DNA from: Candidatus Cloacimonadales bacterium
GTDB lineage: Bacteria > Cloacimonadota > Cloacimonadia > Cloacimonadales > JAIOQZ01
Reading direction: 5' to 3'
DNA: 64,000 bases
Assembly (NCBI GenBank): GCA_963662655.2
Contig: CAXXTU010000002.1
Span: 2,688,001-2,752,000 of the forward strand
The translations under genes were made by a program, and so were the position numbers. The notes under the pieces are model-generated. The model was not told where the DNA came from and made no database searches. It saw nothing but the letters and a program-made list of their open reading frames with translations. Positions 1 through 9,061 of the stretch are shown one piece after another. Position 1 is the stretch's first letter. Every line of letters starts with the position of its first letter.

Positions 1-302
1 ACTTCGGTTGCGGCTCGTCGCGCGAGCATCCGTCCGTCGGACTCGCCTACGCGGGTGTAAAGGCGGTCATCGTGAAATCAGTGGCGCGTATCTTCTTCCG
101 CTCGGCGATCAATCAGGGTCTGCCGATCATCGTGCTGCCCGAGGCTGTGGATGCATACAAGCCCGGCGACAAAGTCGATATCGACTTCGAGAAAGGATCC
201 ATAACCATCGCAGATAAAGAGTTCGGCTTCGCGCCGCTGCCCGATAAATTGATGTCCATCATCAACATGAAGGGCCTCGTGAACTGGATCAAGAATAATT
301 AG
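1..302 (+). CDS. leuD: 3-isopropylmalate/homoaconitate dehydratase small subunit (5'-truncated by window edge)
   Basis: Frame from base 3 reads FGCGSSREHP...VIVKSVARIFFRSAINQGLP, the LeuD/HacB signature. Confidence 0.85.
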   Translation, partial: FGCGSSREHPSVGLAYAGVKAVIVKSVARIFFRSAINQGLPIIVLPEAVDAYKPGDKVDIDFEKGSITIADKEFGFAPLPDKLMSIINMKGLVNWIKNN

Positions 303-323
303 TTGGTTGTTCTCTGATAGATT

Positions 324-356
324 ATCCCTCCGGTGATATCACTGGAGGGATTTTTT
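324..356. terminator. Intrinsic terminator between convergent leuD and SEFIR genes
   Basis: ATCCCTCCGGTGATATCACTGGAGGGAT hairpin followed by T-run. Confidence 0.75.
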
Positions 357-1803
357 ATTCCTTCGTCGCTATTCGTTCGAGATTTACAAGTTGGTTAAAA
401 AAGTAATCCCAATTATAATGTCTATTTCCCGTCATTCGTAAGCTTCTATGTTTATCGACAATAGACTCAAGATCGTCTCGAGTGCCTATTCCCAACATTA
501 TCTTTATTTTATCAAAGTATTTCTTTGATGTCGCACGTTCAAAAAGCTCAAGAACCTCAACTCTTCCCTTAAGAGCATACAGTGAATGCGGATCCCAGAT
601 ATTTGAAGTAATATTTGTAAGCAAATCCACAACACATCGGCAATATAGAATGAAATCCGCAATAATGAAGGAGTTGAAATCGACAGGTAAAGCTCTGCAC
701 CTTTTTTGTAGAAATTGTGTATATGGAGGGAATTTATTATTCTCTTTTATTTTTTCATTGTAATCCATAGGAGGCAGAATCCTGCAATAGAATGTGAAGG
801 TTTTCAATGCTGAGTTCCGGTATTGAACCGGTGCCTGAATATAGAACTGCTCAGACAACATCGCCCCGACTGTTGCATATTCGTGGTATCGTATCATTAC
901 AGCTATCGTGTATACAAACATCTCATAAGCTATGATGTCGAAGTTTGTTGCCACATGACTTCCTGGATATAAATGGCTATTTCCATTGGACATGTATCGG
1001 GTAATGTCTTCAAAAAAGCTATGGATAGCATCGATAAAAACGCTTGATTGATTATACATGGCAATGCAGTTTACTAGCTCAATGTATTCATTCCTGTTTG
1101 GAATCATCATCTCAAGCGAATGCAAAACTTTATCTACTAGGTCGGAATCCTTATCCTTAATTCGATATCTCTCAAGATTACTTACAAACAGATCGCAATA
1201 TTCCCTAAATACACCCAATACGTTGGAGTTTCCTTTTTTAATAGCATCAAGACATCGTCTATACAACGCAGTAGTTCCAAGATCAATTCTGTCTTCGTCA
1301 AGGATGTATGCTGGCGGTGTTCCTAGCTCAGGTTCTTTGTATTGTGGTTTTCCATATATCCATCGTAACAATTCCTCGAACTTCTCGGAATACTCTGCAT
1401 CAACGAAATCGATATAGATTCTTGATGTATAAAATGCAGGTACATATGGCTTTCCATTTTCATCATTCTCTGTGATTATCGCCGCAAACTTATTTTCGTC
1501 TTCTTGTTCATAGATTTTGCTTGTGATGATCTGTGATTCTATTCCGACTCCACCCTCTCGATTATCCGCCCTCTCTTGGTAAGCTTTATCGCATATCATT
1601 ATTACTTTGGATATAGTTGGATCCGTTACCATGCTTTCCATGAATTTTGTTGATTCATCGCCAATCCTAAGTCTCCATTTATCTAAAATGGCTTCAACTC
1701 CTGACTCTCTCAATTCAGTTGCAATCTTAAGTACAAATTCCATGTGCTCAGAACTCGACCAGCTATATGAGATAAATACTTTCGGAGTTTCTTTGATAGT
1801 CAT
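355..1803 (-). CDS. SEFIR/TIR-domain protein, putative anti-phage defence
   Basis: N-terminal KVFISYSW...LRESGVEAILDKWRL...FMESM...GGVGIESQII typical of bacterial SEFIR; visibly AT-rich versus neighbours. Confidence 0.8.
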   Translation of the reverse strand: MTIKETPKVFISYSWSSSEHMEFVLKIATELRESGVEAILDKWRLRIGDESTKFMESMVTDPTISKVIMICDKAYQERADNREGGVGIESQIITSKIYEQEDENKFAAIITENDENGKPYVPAFYTSRIYIDFVDAEYSEKFEELLRWIYGKPQYKEPELGTPPAYILDEDRIDLGTTALYRRCLDAIKKGNSNVLGVFREYCDLFVSNLERYRIKDKDSDLVDKVLHSLEMMIPNRNEYIELVNCIAMYNQSSVFIDAIHSFFEDITRYMSNGNSHLYPGSHVATNFDIIAYEMFVYTIAVMIRYHEYATVGAMLSEQFYIQAPVQYRNSALKTFTFYCRILPPMDYNEKIKENNKFPPYTQFLQKRCRALPVDFNSFIIADFILYCRCVVDLLTNITSNIWDPHSLYALKGRVEVLELFERATSKKYFDKIKIMLGIGTRDDLESIVDKHRSLRMTGNRHYNWDYFFNQLVNLERIATKE

Positions 1804-2039
1804 GTATTTCTCCTATTTTTACATCACAGATGCTAAATTATTGAATCGTATATCTTGGCGTCAATATATTACCTTGAACTCCTTAAATTATCATATTTGA
1901 AAGTATAAACTTCTCGTATCGATTCATTCTCATTCATGTCATTGCCCCTCAGGAACTCTTCATTTTCATAGTAGATATTTATCTTGACCATTGCAATAGC
2001 GGTGTGTAACTTCTGCAAATCACATCAAAGGAGTACACT

Positions 2040-2735
2040 ATGCCACTAACCAAGCGTCTCAGTGCGGAAATGTTCGGAACTTTCTGGCTTGTCCTCGGCG
2101 GTTGCGGAAGCGCAGTGCTTGCCGCAGCGTTCCCCAATGTCGGAATCGGGCTTTTGGGCGTGTCGCTCGCATTCGGTCTCACGGTGCTGACCATGGCTTT
2201 CGCCATCGGGCATATTTCGGGGTGCCATCTTAATCCGGCGGTATCGATCGGACTGTGGGCCGGTGGTCGTTTTCCGGGTAAAGAAGTGCTTCCTTACATC
2301 ATCGCGCAGGTCATTGGCGGCGCGATCGGTGGCGGTATTCTCTATCTGATCGCCTCGGGCGCAGCCGGCTTCAGTCTGGACGGCGGATTCGCCTCGAACG
2401 GCTTCGGAGAGCATTCACCGGGCGGATATACGATGTTTTCAGCCCTTGTCTGTGAAGTCGTGATGACCATGATGTTCCTGCTGATTATCATGGGCGCAAC
2501 TGACAAACGCGCTCCGGCAGGTTTCGCTCCCATCGCGATCGGTCTCGGACTCACCCTTATCCATCTCATCAGCATCCCCGTGACCAACACCTCCGTCAAT
2601 CCCGCCCGCAGCATGGGCGTGGCCATCTACGCCGGCGGCTGGGCGATCCAGCAACTGTGGTTCTTCTGGCTGTTCCCCATTGTTGGCGGAGCGCTGGGAG
2701 GATTCCTGTATCGCTTGATCGGAAAAGAGAAATAG
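2040..2735 (+). CDS. aqpZ: Aquaporin Z
   Basis: Two NPA motifs (HLNPAVS, SVNPARS); [21 protein letters not shown] start. Confidence 0.95.
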   Translation: MPLTKRLSAEMFGTFWLVLGGCGSAVLAAAFPNVGIGLLGVSLAFGLTVLTMAFAIGHISGCHLNPAVSIGLWAGGRFPGKEVLPYIIAQVIGGAIGGGILYLIASGAAGFSLDGGFASNGFGEHSPGGYTMFSALVCEVVMTMMFLLIIMGATDKRAPAGFAPIAIGLGLTLIHLISIPVTNTSVNPARSMGVAIYAGGWAIQQLWFFWLFPIVGGALGGFLYRLIGKEK

Positions 2736-2753
2736 AGAGATTTGAACCAGGCC

Positions 2754-2783
2754 CCTCTCTTGGATCCAAGAGAGGTTTTTTTT
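2754..2783 (+). terminator. Intrinsic terminator after aqpZ
   Basis: Perfect 22-bp palindrome CCTCTCTTGGATCCAAGAGAGG then T8. Confidence 0.8.
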
Positions 2784-2798
2784 CCGAAGAGGTAGAAC

Positions 2799-3341
2799 AT
2801 GAAAATCAGAAACGCGCAATTGTCTGATATCGATCGAGTTCATCAGATTGAGAAGGAATCTTTCATCGAGAGCGTCCAGGACTCCATCGAGGTGATTGAG
2901 AAACGGTTTCGCATATATCCTGAGGGGATGTTTGTCGTCGAGCGAGACCATCTTGTTGCAGGATGCATCATAACCGCATGTATCAACGATCTGGAACTGG
3001 TAACAAGCAACGACCTGAAAAACATGGCGTTGCATGACGCCAACGGAAAGCTCCTTGTCGTATTATCGGTCATGGTGTCCAAATGCTGCCATGGTAAGGG
3101 TTATGGAACCGCCATGATGAAGCACGTGATCAAATACGCCAGATTCCACAAGAAAAGCGCTGTCGTCTTGATGTGCAGGGAGCACCTGATACCATATTAC
3201 CGGAAGCTCAACTTCAAGCTGCTGAAGAAATCCTCCTCGGATAAGGGTGGAGTTGTTTGGTTCGAGATGATCCAAAAACTGAACCACGAAGTTGTCGATG
3301 CATCCAGGAAATCACACGTAGGAATACCTCACAGGAGGTAA
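2799..3341 (+). CDS. GNAT family N-acetyltransferase
   Basis: HGKGYG acetyl-CoA motif, LIPYYRKLNF C-terminal motif. Confidence 0.85.
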   Translation: MKIRNAQLSDIDRVHQIEKESFIESVQDSIEVIEKRFRIYPEGMFVVERDHLVAGCIITACINDLELVTSNDLKNMALHDANGKLLVVLSVMVSKCCHGKGYGTAMMKHVIKYARFHKKSAVVLMCREHLIPYYRKLNFKLLKKSSSDKGGVVWFEMIQKLNHEVVDASRKSHVGIPHRR

Positions 3342-3362
3342 TGTCAGGCCAAGATTTTTTTA

Positions 3363-4709
3363 GGCACTGTTGCATATTAAGTGGGTGAATGGGTATTCAG
3401 ATATCCGCAACATTGCAGAACCTTCAATCTGAAGTATGAGAAGTCCTTGTATCCATACGCTCTCTTTATAATGGTTCGAATGACGTTGTTAACCGCTTCT
3501 GCCTTGGCATTCGTGATTCTATGCTTGAACCAGTTCAACACAATATGCAATCTCTTCATAATCGTTCTTGCAAGTGCCTTCAGTGGCTCGAAGACGGTTT
3601 TCTGAATAACTCTGCACCACTCTTCAATCATCGGCTTCGCTTCTTCTTGCGTAATATCGTCTTCGAAAATCGATAGTAAATCTTCTTTGAGCAAATAGGC
3701 TTCGTAAAGGGGATGATTTAGCGTCTCCAGTTTCTTGAGTCGGGCTTGATGGTTTTCTTTGTGATTGTGTTTTCTGGTCAAAACCAACCACCGGTCGTGT
3801 TTCTTGCTCTGACGCAACTTGTCAGATTCAAAATCTCTCTGAAGTTCTCGTCGTACTTCTTCCACTTTCCTGTTGACCAGGCGGCTGAAATGGAAACGAT
3901 CAAATACGATCATATCGGCACTCCAACACTCGGAAACAGCGCCGATATATGAACCACTGAAATCCATTGTTACGGTATCAATCCAGCGGAGTCGTCGTTC
4001 GTATTTTCGAAACAACTCCTTCGCACTTTCTTTCGATTTGCCCATTGTCAGGTCGATCACACGCCCGTCCTCATGGTTTGTGATAACCGTTGCATACTTA
4101 TGCCTTCGCTTATAACCAATCTCGTCAATTGCAATCTGATCGACATTCGGAACTCGTCCTCTATAACCCTTTTCCAACTTGGATAACTCAATTTTGTCGA
4201 TTCGATAAATCGTACTCCGATCCACACCGAATATCCGTGCTACAGAAGCATTGTCTGAACGAAGCGTGAACTGGAGAACCTTATTGCCGAAGTCTTTAGA
4301 GTGTCGATTGAGACCCTCGGCAATATCCTGTTGTTCAGTTTTCACTCCACACTGAGCGCAGTTGATCCGGCGAAGCGTCAGCACAAGTACTACGGGACGA
4401 CAGGATATGGATGCATGAAGAATTTTGCGGACTCGATGATCATAAACTGTTCCCACAATACCGCATGTAGGACAACGTGGCTCATCTTCCTTTCGAACAT
4501 GGACTTCAATGCATGGATAAGTTTGATACGTACCTTCGATTATCTGGTCGGCAGAATAACCTTGCAAAGCCAACAACGTTTTACAGACTTGTTTTCTGAG
4601 AGGATCATTCATCTCTATCTCCTTGTTGTGGTGATTAGGAGATTGTACGAGATCGGGTGATTCCTCTCAATCTTTTTTTCGACTTACCCACTAAGTTTGC
4701 AACAGTGCC
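3363..4709 (-). mobile_element. ISL3-family insertion sequence, apparently intact (1347 bp)
   Basis: Imperfect 24-bp terminal IRs GGCACTGTTGCATATTAAGTGGGT / GGCACTGTTGCAAACTTAGTGGGT; 8-bp direct repeat TTTTTTTA at 3355-3362 and 4710-4717. Confidence 0.95.
3377..4612 (-). CDS. ISL3 transposase
   Basis: CPTCG/CAQCG zinc finger, IAIDE, TMD, DRFH and TNAKAEAVN motifs. Confidence 0.95.
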   Translation of the reverse strand: MNDPLRKQVCKTLLALQGYSADQIIEGTYQTYPCIEVHVRKEDEPRCPTCGIVGTVYDHRVRKILHASISCRPVVLVLTLRRINCAQCGVKTEQQDIAEGLNRHSKDFGNKVLQFTLRSDNASVARIFGVDRSTIYRIDKIELSKLEKGYRGRVPNVDQIAIDEIGYKRRHKYATVITNHEDGRVIDLTMGKSKESAKELFRKYERRLRWIDTVTMDFSGSYIGAVSECWSADMIVFDRFHFSRLVNRKVEEVRRELQRDFESDKLRQSKKHDRWLVLTRKHNHKENHQARLKKLETLNHPLYEAYLLKEDLLSIFEDDITQEEAKPMIEEWCRVIQKTVFEPLKALARTIMKRLHIVLNWFKHRITNAKAEAVNNVIRTIIKRAYGYKDFSYFRLKVLQCCGYLNTHSPT

Positions 4710-4977
4710 TTTTTTTATACTGGCTCACCGGGAACAATGTTTAGCGTCTCAATATTGAAGTCACAACATCAACAAGATATTTCATTCACTCGTTCAAGAC
4801 AAATATGCCTTTTGAACCAGTTATTGTCGGGAGTTTCGCTTGACACCGCAAACGTGAAATTAATTCTGGAGACTCTTGGCAAACGACACATGTAGTGCAA
4901 TGCGCGTAAATCTGATTACGGTACCAAGTCAAAGCTGGTAAGCTATATTCCAACAAAACGACAGACAGGAGTACCGT

Positions 4978-5436
4978 ATGCCTCAGACAAAACTGCAGAC
5001 ATTCTTTTTCATGGTTATCACCGTTTTGATATCCGTAATCGCGTTCACAATCTACAACACCGCCATATACGCTGAAGAAATCACCAATCGTATATTCATC
5101 AATGCGGCTCGGGAAATACCGGTCGAATTCGTATTCGCGCTGGGCATTCAAGCGTTGATCGCTTATAAGCTGGCAAGGAAGATGGCTTTTCGGTTCGTAG
5201 ACCCGGAGAAGGATAAGCCGATAATCATTATACTAGCCATAACCACGATGACCGTTTGCCTGATGTGTCCGTCCATGAGCCTGGTCGCTACGATTTTGTA
5301 CGATGGTTTTTCGCCTGAGTTTCTACTGCTTTGGCTGAAGAAGGTCACAATCAATTTCCCGTTCGCCTTCTTCACACAGATTTTCTTCATTGGTCCGTTT
5401 GTGAGATACTTGTTCAGAAATGTTTTTCGTACTTAA
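4978..5436 (+). CDS. Small multi-pass membrane protein (DUF2798-like)
   Basis: Four hydrophobic helices; MCPSMS and NFPFAFFTQIFFIGPFVR motifs; GGAG RBS. Confidence 0.6.
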   Translation: MPQTKLQTFFFMVITVLISVIAFTIYNTAIYAEEITNRIFINAAREIPVEFVFALGIQALIAYKLARKMAFRFVDPEKDKPIIIILAITTMTVCLMCPSMSLVATILYDGFSPEFLLLWLKKVTINFPFAFFTQIFFIGPFVRYLFRNVFRT

Positions 5437-5464
5437 AAAAGGATGGAGGAATCAGCGTAATCAG

Positions 5465-6868
5465 CTACTCCCCTCTCAATATCTCCCGCACCCGTGTTTC
5501 GCTCATTCCGGGTCGAAGCTGCGAGAAGCGTTGGAGCTCATCCGCCGAAAGAACAACCGCCTCGACGCGGTAGAACATGGAACTCTCCGTCAGACCGACA
5601 TTTTCATGCGTGTAGTTCGTTGCGGCTGTAAAGCCAAGGACGTAATAATCTCCGCCCTGGTTATTGGATTCGCTGTAGTAGACGATGTAGTAATCCGGGG
5701 ATGCGGAGTTTCCAATGAGGTCTTCTGTAACCGCGTCCCAGGTGATGTGCGCATCGCCTTCCACCACGGCGATCTCAATATTTTCCGGGGGCATGGGTTC
5801 CGCGCTGAAGGCCCTAAACAGATAGGGGTAGCCAGCGTTTTGGATCAGCAGGCTGTCCGCGTGCCATATTGTAGTAAAATCCCAATCAACGTATGTATTT
5901 GCAGCGTATGGAAATGTCATTTCATCTATTGTGCGTCCCTCGCCTGCACAGGAGGTGGATTGATTGGATGTCTCGATGTTCCAGTAGCAACGTGTACATT
6001 CCCCTTCGCTGCTTCCAGCAAATCCTCCTCCGACGAATGCTACGGACACCGGGCCATACGAGTAGGAATCGGAGATGCTCGCGTTTTCAACCAGGCCAAC
6101 AAATCCGCCAACGATTGACCGACCCGTTACCGAGCAAGCACTGTAGCAGTTTGATATCGCGGAATCTTGATAATTTCTGCCGATGAATCCTGCGGTATAA
6201 TTCTGCCCGGTTACGCTTCCGCGGCACCAGCATTCTTCGATGCAGGATTCCTCTCCCTGGCTACCGACAAGACCTCCTACGAAACTCACGACTGCCGAGC
6301 CTGTCACCTCGCAATTGCCCGAACAACACCGGATTTCGGAATTCCCCTCGCTTAGGCCGATTAATCCCCCCGCAAGGTGGCGGCTGGCCGTAACCTCTCC
6401 CGAAGCGTGGCAATTCGTGATAAACGAGCGCTCGGTAATGACGCCAGCGAGCGCACCCACCATCTCTCTGCCCGTTATATCCAAGGATGTCAGCCTGACA
6501 TTTGAAATCACGGCATCGGAAATCGCTCCGAACAGCCCGATTCGAATTGTTTCGGGGCGATTGATGTAAAGACTGTCAATCGTGAAGTTTTGTCCATCAT
6601 AAGAGCCCGTAAATCGCGTACTATTTCCGATGGGATACCAGCCATATCCATCAAACCAATTGATCGTATCGGATGCGTCAATGTCATTTGTTTGCTTATA
6701 GTGGTAAACCCAATGGTCGGGGTTCTCGGATATCCAGTAAAGATTTTCCAGTGACGCAATTTCGTATGGACTTTCTTCGGAACCATTGCCGTTAATTGGA
6801 GCAGTAGCGGTTTGTGAGATCAATGTTGATGTCAGGATCAGTAAAATGATCGCAATCATACCTTTCAT
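5465..6868 (-). CDS. Secreted GLUG-repeat protein with C-terminal FN3-like domain
   Basis: Signal peptide MKGMIAIILL; GNGSEESPYEI; repeated VGGLVG; GGAGGA RBS before ATG 6868. Confidence 0.75.
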   Translation of the reverse strand: MKGMIAIILLILTSTLISQTATAPINGNGSEESPYEIASLENLYWISENPDHWVYHYKQTNDIDASDTINWFDGYGWYPIGNSTRFTGSYDGQNFTIDSLYINRPETIRIGLFGAISDAVISNVRLTSLDITGREMVGALAGVITERSFITNCHASGEVTASRHLAGGLIGLSEGNSEIRCCSGNCEVTGSAVVSFVGGLVGSQGEESCIEECWCRGSVTGQNYTAGFIGRNYQDSAISNCYSACSVTGRSIVGGFVGLVENASISDSYSYGPVSVAFVGGGFAGSSEGECTRCYWNIETSNQSTSCAGEGRTIDEMTFPYAANTYVDWDFTTIWHADSLLIQNAGYPYLFRAFSAEPMPPENIEIAVVEGDAHITWDAVTEDLIGNSASPDYYIVYYSESNNQGGDYYVLGFTAATNYTHENVGLTESSMFYRVEAVVLSADELQRFSQLRPGMSETRVREILRGE

Positions 6869-7012
6869 CGGATCCTCCAGAATGTTGACGTTCATTTTTT
6901 TACTGCACCGAACAACATTTTATCGAAGGCTTATACATGGTGTCAAGAACAAAGCGCACGAAGAGATGTGATTTAACTTGTAAATTTATAAGCTCTTTTT
7001 ATTAGATAAAAT

Positions 7013-7780
7013 CTATTTCCCCTCAGTAACGGGCGTCGGATTCATCACCGGTTCGAAGATACCCTTTTCGTCGAGCCGCTCCGAGAACTTGCGGATCGCG
7101 AGAAAGCTGAAAGGAATCGTGAACAGCAAGCCGAGTCCGGCGGGGATCAGGGCCACGACGTTGAAGAACGCCAGAACGACCACGAGGAAGAACTGCTGCC
7201 AGCGGGTCTCCTGCCCTGCCTTGTAGGAGATGATCAACGCCTTGCAGGGTATCTTGCCTTCCTTCGCGATGAGGTAGAACACAGGGACGATAATCGCCAG
7301 CCAGTAGAGAACCAGCACCAGCCGCACCGGGTGTAGAATCGGATCGGTCGCGTAGTAGAAGAGTGGATTCCCCGTGCAGATCACGTTAATCAGGAAATAG
7401 AAGAGGATGGTGAAAAGAGTAACCGCAAACATTTTAGGATAGTATATCAGATGTTGCACGTACATCTTGATGGAGTAGATCGATTCGCCGAATGTGAGAG
7501 GAATCAACGCGAAAGGCACCGCAATGAGCATCGCCAGATTGTTGATCCAGTAGTTGTTCCGCGTGAAGAACGCCGCCAGCGCAACCGGAAGCATGATCGC
7601 CAGCACGTAGAATATCGCGAATGGATAGTTCTTGCCCTTGATTCCCTTGTACTCCTGCCAGGTCTCGCTCAAAATCAGCTTCGCGGAGAGATTGTCCTTG
7701 AGAAAATCGGTCTGCCAGCCGCAGGTCGGGCAGAAAATGGCGTTGTCTTTCAGTGACGATGAACACTTTTTGCATTTCAT
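7013..7780 (-). CDS. Zinc-ribbon membrane protein
   Basis: CKKC...FCPTCG followed by several TM segments. Confidence 0.65.
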   Translation of the reverse strand: MKCKKCSSSLKDNAIFCPTCGWQTDFLKDNLSAKLILSETWQEYKGIKGKNYPFAIFYVLAIMLPVALAAFFTRNNYWINNLAMLIAVPFALIPLTFGESIYSIKMYVQHLIYYPKMFAVTLFTILFYFLINVICTGNPLFYYATDPILHPVRLVLVLYWLAIIVPVFYLIAKEGKIPCKALIISYKAGQETRWQQFFLVVVLAFFNVVALIPAGLGLLFTIPFSFLAIRKFSERLDEKGIFEPVMNPTPVTEGK

Positions 7781-7980
7781 ATTTTTTCTCCATCGATGCA
7801 CGATTTCCCGGGCTCCGGCCGAAAATCGCTACATCCAATCATTCAACGAACAATAATCCATTCGGTTACACGCAAGTAGTCATTCAACTCGTACGATAAA
7901 ATTGTCAATGAGAAAGTTGACGCGAAACCTCAGGTCAGGATAATTCGCATGTGGATAAATCCGCCATGGAGGAATAGGAA

Positions 7981-8349
7981 ATGTATAAATTGAACGTAAC
8001 TTCGCATTTCAGCGGAGCACATATGTTAAACGGTTACGACGGCGCATGCAAACGCCTGCACGGTCATAACTGGAAGATTCGCGTGGGGATCGAATGCGAC
8101 CGCACGGACGAGATAGGACTCGCGATCGATTTCAAGATCATCAAAACACACCTGAACAGGCTTCTGGACGAGCTCGACCACACCATGCTCAACGACCACC
8201 CCGCGTTCAAGGATTGCAACCCCACGTCGGAAAACCTGGCCCGATTCTTCCATCACCGCCTGAGAGAAGAGATCGACGGGGAGCATTGCCGCGTCGCGGA
8301 CATCGAAGTATGGGAGTCCGACAGCAGCTCCGTCGTGTATTGGGAATAG
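7981..8349 (+). CDS. queD: 6-carboxytetrahydropterin synthase
   Basis: CKRLHGHNW, LDHTMLN, NPTSENLA, VWES motifs. Confidence 0.92.
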   Translation: MYKLNVTSHFSGAHMLNGYDGACKRLHGHNWKIRVGIECDRTDEIGLAIDFKIIKTHLNRLLDELDHTMLNDHPAFKDCNPTSENLARFFHHRLREEIDGEHCRVADIEVWESDSSSVVYWE

Positions 8350-8356
8350 GCTGAAC

Positions 8357-8974
8357 ATGGGCATCCGAATCGTTGAAAGCGAATTCATCAAGAGCGCGGT
8401 CTACCCCAAGGACTACCCGTCATCCGAGTTTGCCGACGTTGCCTTCGTGGGTAAATCGAATGTCGGGAAGTCTTCCCTGCTGAACAGTATCCTCAATCGC
8501 AAATCGATTGCCAAGACAAGCGGGAAACCCGGTAAAACGCGCCTGGTAAACTTCTTCCTGATTCGCTTCAAGGTGAAAGAAAACGAGGAGCTGGAAGGCT
8601 TCGTCAACTTTGTCGATCTCCCCGGATACGGCTACGCCAAGGTGAGCAAAGACGAACGGGAATCGTGGAAAAAGATGATGAGCAACTACTTCCGCGAGCG
8701 CGTTCAGCTCCGGGGCGTAATCTTGCTTGTGGATATCCGTCACAAGGCCGACGAGAAAGACCTCGTCATGGCAAGCATGCTTCGAGAATTTCAGATCCCG
8801 TATATCATCGCTGCCACGAAAAGCGACAAAGTCCCTTCGACCAAGGCTCGCGGATATCTTGACGCTTTGGCAGAGACATTCGACATTGGGAAAAAGGATA
8901 TTGTAGCCGTATCTTCTCTAAAGAAAACCGGAATGGATAAGGTTATCTCCTGGATCGAATCGCTGATTATTTAA
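8357..8974 (+). CDS. engB: Ribosome biogenesis GTPase YihA/YsxC
   Basis: GKSNVGKSS, PGKT, DLPGYG, TKSDK motifs. Confidence 0.95.
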   Translation: MGIRIVESEFIKSAVYPKDYPSSEFADVAFVGKSNVGKSSLLNSILNRKSIAKTSGKPGKTRLVNFFLIRFKVKENEELEGFVNFVDLPGYGYAKVSKDERESWKKMMSNYFRERVQLRGVILLVDIRHKADEKDLVMASMLREFQIPYIIAATKSDKVPSTKARGYLDALAETFDIGKKDIVAVSSLKKTGMDKVISWIESLII

Positions 8975-9061
8975 TGCCACAATGTCATCTGGACAAAAAT
9001 TTTCAGTTTTTCATTATTATGCCGATATTGAAATGATTGAATAGAACGGAGTTATGCGAGT

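Noticed and set aside
3341..4758. Gene disrupted by ISL3 (AGGAGG + ATG at 3341)
   Set aside because: Rejoined empty site gives only about 20 codons
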